From assembly GCA_020353155.1 (NCBI GenBank), contig CP070689.1, positions 3,105,299 through 3,169,298 on the forward strand: a stretch of DNA of 64,000 nucleotides. Direction: 5' to 3'. Below the pieces are notes generated by a model. The model was not told where the DNA came from and made no database searches. It worked only from the letters and a program-made list of their open reading frames with translations. This DNA is from Deltaproteobacteria bacterium (GTDB lineage: Bacteria; Desulfobacterota; Syntrophobacteria; BM002). The position numbers and the translations under genes are program-made. Shown here in pieces: positions 61,407 through 64,000 of the stretch (position 1 is its first letter; every line of letters starts with the position of its first letter).

Positions 61407-61967
61407 ATGCCAGAAAGACGGATAGCACTTTCCAAAGATAAAATAGAATTTCTGGAAAGCTGGAAAGTTGAAAAGCATGACCACCTGCAGGAGATCATTC
61501 GACACGCAGAGTCTGACAGAAAACTCAAGAATCACTCCCATTCAATTGATTCAACTACCCATGACATATTCTATACCGGGCTTACTTTGCTGCCTCTTGA
61601 TGTGGCCAAGAAAGTCCTAAGCGAATGTACTTTTTTCACCTCTTATCTCCACAATTATAAGCCTGGATATTTCCTGGACGAGTCTGATATCAGTGGATAT
61701 CATTTGGTCGTTTTCCTCCTGCCCCATGGCGAATCCATTCCAAAGTACTGGAGCTATTTCCTCCATCAAATTGCCCATTATGTTCTAGGACATTTTGACT
61801 CCAACAGTGGTGGCCAAATTACGGAAGAGGAGGAGGCGGAAGCGAACAAGCTTGCTTGCAAATGGGTCAGTGAGTCTCCCTACCTAGTCCCTCGGGACAA
61901 TTTCACGCACTGCAGTTGTCCCCAAGAGACCATTAATTTTTGTAAAGCCCTGGCAACCAGTGCATGA
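61407..61967 (+). CDS. hypothetical protein with a degenerate ImmA/IrrE-like metallopeptidase motif (HQxxH)
   Basis: The C-terminal segment FLHQIAHYVLGH...EEEAEANKLACKWV parallels the ImmA/IrrE HExxH...E.EAN.FA pattern, but with Gln in place of the catalytic Glu. ATG at 61407. Confidence 0.5.
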   Translation: MPERRIALSKDKIEFLESWKVEKHDHLQEIIRHAESDRKLKNHSHSIDSTTHDIFYTGLTLLPLDVAKKVLSECTFFTSYLHNYKPGYFLDESDISGYHLVVFLLPHGESIPKYWSYFLHQIAHYVLGHFDSNSGGQITEEEEAEANKLACKWVSESPYLVPRDNFTHCSCPQETINFCKALATSA

Positions 61968-62061
61968 GATTCTAGACTATTCTTTGAACATATACAGGAT
62001 GTCCAATAAATCCTATAGCCGCGTTTCGAGCTAACTCATGAAAAGTAAAGGGGAGGATTCA

Positions 62062-62661
62062 ATGGCGAAGGTAAATATAGGGGATCAAGCATATGTCATG
62101 CCCATGGCCACCACCATCCTCGGTTCTCGCCTGGAAGACCGACCTAATTTCATGGCTCTGGGTTGGCTCACCAGAGTCAACTTTAAGCCGCCCATGCTTG
62201 GGGTGGCGGTAAGCCAGGGCCATGCTTCCCACAGGGCGATCGTGGAAACGGGGGAGTTCAGCGTCAACTTCCCCACCGTCGAAATGGTGGAGGTGACCGA
62301 TTATGTTGGGCTGGTATCAGGAAAAAGGGTAGATAAGTCCAACCTTTTCAATCTTTTCTACGGCGAACTAAAAAATGCTCCCATGATTAGCGAATGTCCA
62401 CTTACCATGGAGTGCAAACTCGTGAAAACGGTTGAATTGCCCACCAACTCTTTCTTCATCGGCGAGATTGTAGGAGCTTACTCCGAAGAGCGTTTTCTCA
62501 CCAACGGCGTGCCAGACATCAAAAAAATTAATCCTTTTTTGCTTACCATGCCGGATAATGGATACTGGTCGGTGGGTGAATTGATCGGTCGCGCCTGGAG
62601 CGATGGCAAGGCAATGCGAAAACGACTAAAAGAACAAACAGCGGCAGGAGATCCTCACTAG
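62062..62661 (+). CDS. flavin reductase-like FMN-binding protein
   Basis: About 199 aa. Flavin_Reduct-type split barrel pattern (PMATTILGS...NFMALGW...SHRAIVETGEFSVN). ATG at 62062 follows the GGGGAGG RBS. Confidence 0.75.
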   Translation: MAKVNIGDQAYVMPMATTILGSRLEDRPNFMALGWLTRVNFKPPMLGVAVSQGHASHRAIVETGEFSVNFPTVEMVEVTDYVGLVSGKRVDKSNLFNLFYGELKNAPMISECPLTMECKLVKTVELPTNSFFIGEIVGAYSEERFLTNGVPDIKKINPFLLTMPDNGYWSVGELIGRAWSDGKAMRKRLKEQTAAGDPH

Positions 62662-62670
62662 GAGTTGAAT

Positions 62671-63759
62671 ATGAAGCTTCTGTCTTCTTACAAATTGGGC
62701 CCCTACGAGCTGAAAAACCGCATGATCATGGCACCGATGACCCGAAACCGTGCCGGCAGAGGAAATGCTCCCCAGCCCATGAATGCGCTCTACTACGCGC
62801 AACGAGCAGGAGCTGGCCTCATCATCACCGAGGCCTCGCAAGTTTCACCCCAGGGGTTGGGCTACCCGGATATGCCAGGGATTTATTCGCCTGAGCAGAT
62901 TGCCGGCTGGCGGCTGGTTACAGATTTGGTGCATAAAAGGGGAGGCCTGATTTTTCTTCAACTCTTTCACTGCGGACGCATTTCCCATCCCTCGTTGCAG
63001 CCGGGAGGGGCAATTCCGGTTGCTCCCTCAGCCGTCAAACCGGAAGGAGAGGCGATGACCTACATAGGTCCTAGTCCCTTCGTTGAACCGCGAGCTTTGG
63101 AAACAGAAGAAATACCTGGGATTGTGGAGCAGTTTCGCCGGGGGGCGGAAAACGCTCGGGAGGCGGGTTTTGATGGGGTTGAGCTGCACGCAGCCAATGG
63201 CTATCTGCTGGATCAATTCCTCCGCGATGGCTCGAACCAAAGGACTGACCAATACGGCGGTAGTGAGGAGAATCGCACCAGGTTCTTATTTCAAGTGATC
63301 GAGGCTGTGGTAAATGTCCTGGGTGACGGGCGGGTAGGGATTCGTATCTCTCCTGAGAATCCTTTCAATGATATTTCCGATTCTAACTCTGAGGTACTTT
63401 TCAGCCACGTTGCTCAAGGACTGAACCGCTTTCCCCTCGCATACTTGCATGCTGTTGAGATCGATCTTACCAATCCAACTGATTACAGCGCTTCCTTGAA
63501 TCCTCTTACCCAGAAACTGCGAGGAATCTATAAGGGGGTCTACATGACCAACGGGGGATACGATCGAGACAGGGCAGAACGGGTGCTGGAAAGAGGTGAT
63601 GCCGACCTCGTCTCTTTTGGCAGACTCTTCCTGGCCAATCCGGATCTTCCAGAGCGATTCAAGAAAGGTGCACCTTTGAATGAACCGGATGAGAGAACCT
63701 TCTATGGCGGAGATGAAAAAGGCTACACAGACTATCCCTTCCTGGATTCTGCAAAATAA
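62671..63759 (+). CDS. Old Yellow Enzyme family NADH:flavin oxidoreductase / alkene reductase
   Basis: LKNRMIMAPMTR, HCGR, ELHAANGYLLDQF, and FGRLFLANPDLP are OYE signatures. ATG at 62671 follows the AGGAG RBS. Confidence 0.9.
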   Translation: MKLLSSYKLGPYELKNRMIMAPMTRNRAGRGNAPQPMNALYYAQRAGAGLIITEASQVSPQGLGYPDMPGIYSPEQIAGWRLVTDLVHKRGGLIFLQLFHCGRISHPSLQPGGAIPVAPSAVKPEGEAMTYIGPSPFVEPRALETEEIPGIVEQFRRGAENAREAGFDGVELHAANGYLLDQFLRDGSNQRTDQYGGSEENRTRFLFQVIEAVVNVLGDGRVGIRISPENPFNDISDSNSEVLFSHVAQGLNRFPLAYLHAVEIDLTNPTDYSASLNPLTQKLRGIYKGVYMTNGGYDRDRAERVLERGDADLVSFGRLFLANPDLPERFKKGAPLNEPDERTFYGGDEKGYTDYPFLDSAK

Positions 63760-63904
63760 AGTGTCCTTTATTCAATTTTTTCTTTACCAGAATAAAAAAA
63801 AACATCATAATTACCCGTCAATTTACTCAACAATATAAAGATACAGTAATATCAAAGATATATTTATAATATATTAAACATTTACTGTAGATTAGAGCGT
63901 TGAA

Positions 63905-64000
63905 ATGGCCCTTTCAGAGAAAATCAGAGAACAGTTGCACAAGATACTAGAGAATATGCGCCAGGAAATACTTGACGAGGTAAAAGTCCAAAAAGAAAAA
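63905..64000 (+). CDS. 5' end of a hypothetical gene that runs off the window
   Basis: An ATG at 63905 opens a frame (MALSEKIREQLHKILENMRQEILDEVKVQKEK...) after a 145-nt very AT-rich spacer. The RBS is weak. Confidence 0.3.
   Translation, partial: MALSEKIREQLHKILENMRQEILDEVKVQKEK

Noticed and set aside
1-64000. tRNA, rRNA, tmRNA, RNase P RNA, transposases, integrases, prophage genes and toxin-antitoxin pairs
   Set aside because: I scanned the larger spacers (4270-4522, 20251-20388, 22646-23093, 47726-48436) and all ORF translations. Nothing had cloverleaf-like structure, conserved RNA motifs or mobility-gene signatures, apart from the SRP RNA and the GxxExxY cassette reported above.

Overview
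This is a 64-kb chromosomal window with about 72 protein genes, one SRP RNA, and no rRNA, tRNA, CRISPR, transposase or integrase that I could find. The gene content suggests an anaerobic Desulfobacterota-like (deltaproteobacterial) organism; that assignment is inference, resting on a Qrc-type haem/FeS/NrfD quinone-reductase module at 11.3-16.3 kb. The left 40 kb is housekeeping. It holds rpmH-rnpA-yidD-yidC-jag-mnmE plus rsmG, xth, nadB, mazG, cvpA, phoH/7TM-HD/ybeY, pdxJ-acpS-nnr-tsaE, lysC, cimA, comEA, moaA and tsaD. rpmH (9463-9597, minus strand) is too short for the supplied ORF track and was found by hand translation. The block from 39.8 to about 63.8 kb looks accessory and visibly more AT-rich in places. 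It carries a PAS-LuxR regulator, a lipoprotein hydrolase, and a bcp-methyltransferase pair. It also carries a translationally coupled uvdE / unknown / PNPOx-like / PEP-utilizing (dikinase-like) operon and an 11-gene membrane-lipid-modification cluster. That cluster comprises FAD oxidoreductase-DUF1365-CFA synthase, a B12-radical-SAM enzyme, lipocalin, DUF1295/2177/1475/2062 and an MFS transporter. A MoxR-VWA pair, a degenerate ImmA/IrrE-like gene and a flavin reductase-OYE pair complete the block. Three observations stand out. (1) About 20 intergenic loci are built from inverted arrays of degenerate 7-9 nt tandem 'words' (GCACTAAG, GCATAGAG, GAGATGT, GAGAAATG, CGGAATT and their complements). 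These form long imperfect mosaic hairpins with strongly C-depleted and G-depleted arms, and several supply start or stop codons of flanking genes. (2) One such inverted repeat exactly brackets a GxxExxY (PD-(D/E)XK-like) gene wedged between the SRP RNA and mazG, which suggests a cassette-versus-empty-hairpin relationship. (3) The SRP RNA is the long, Alu-domain-containing type. All functional calls come from motif recognition by eye, and no database search was possible.
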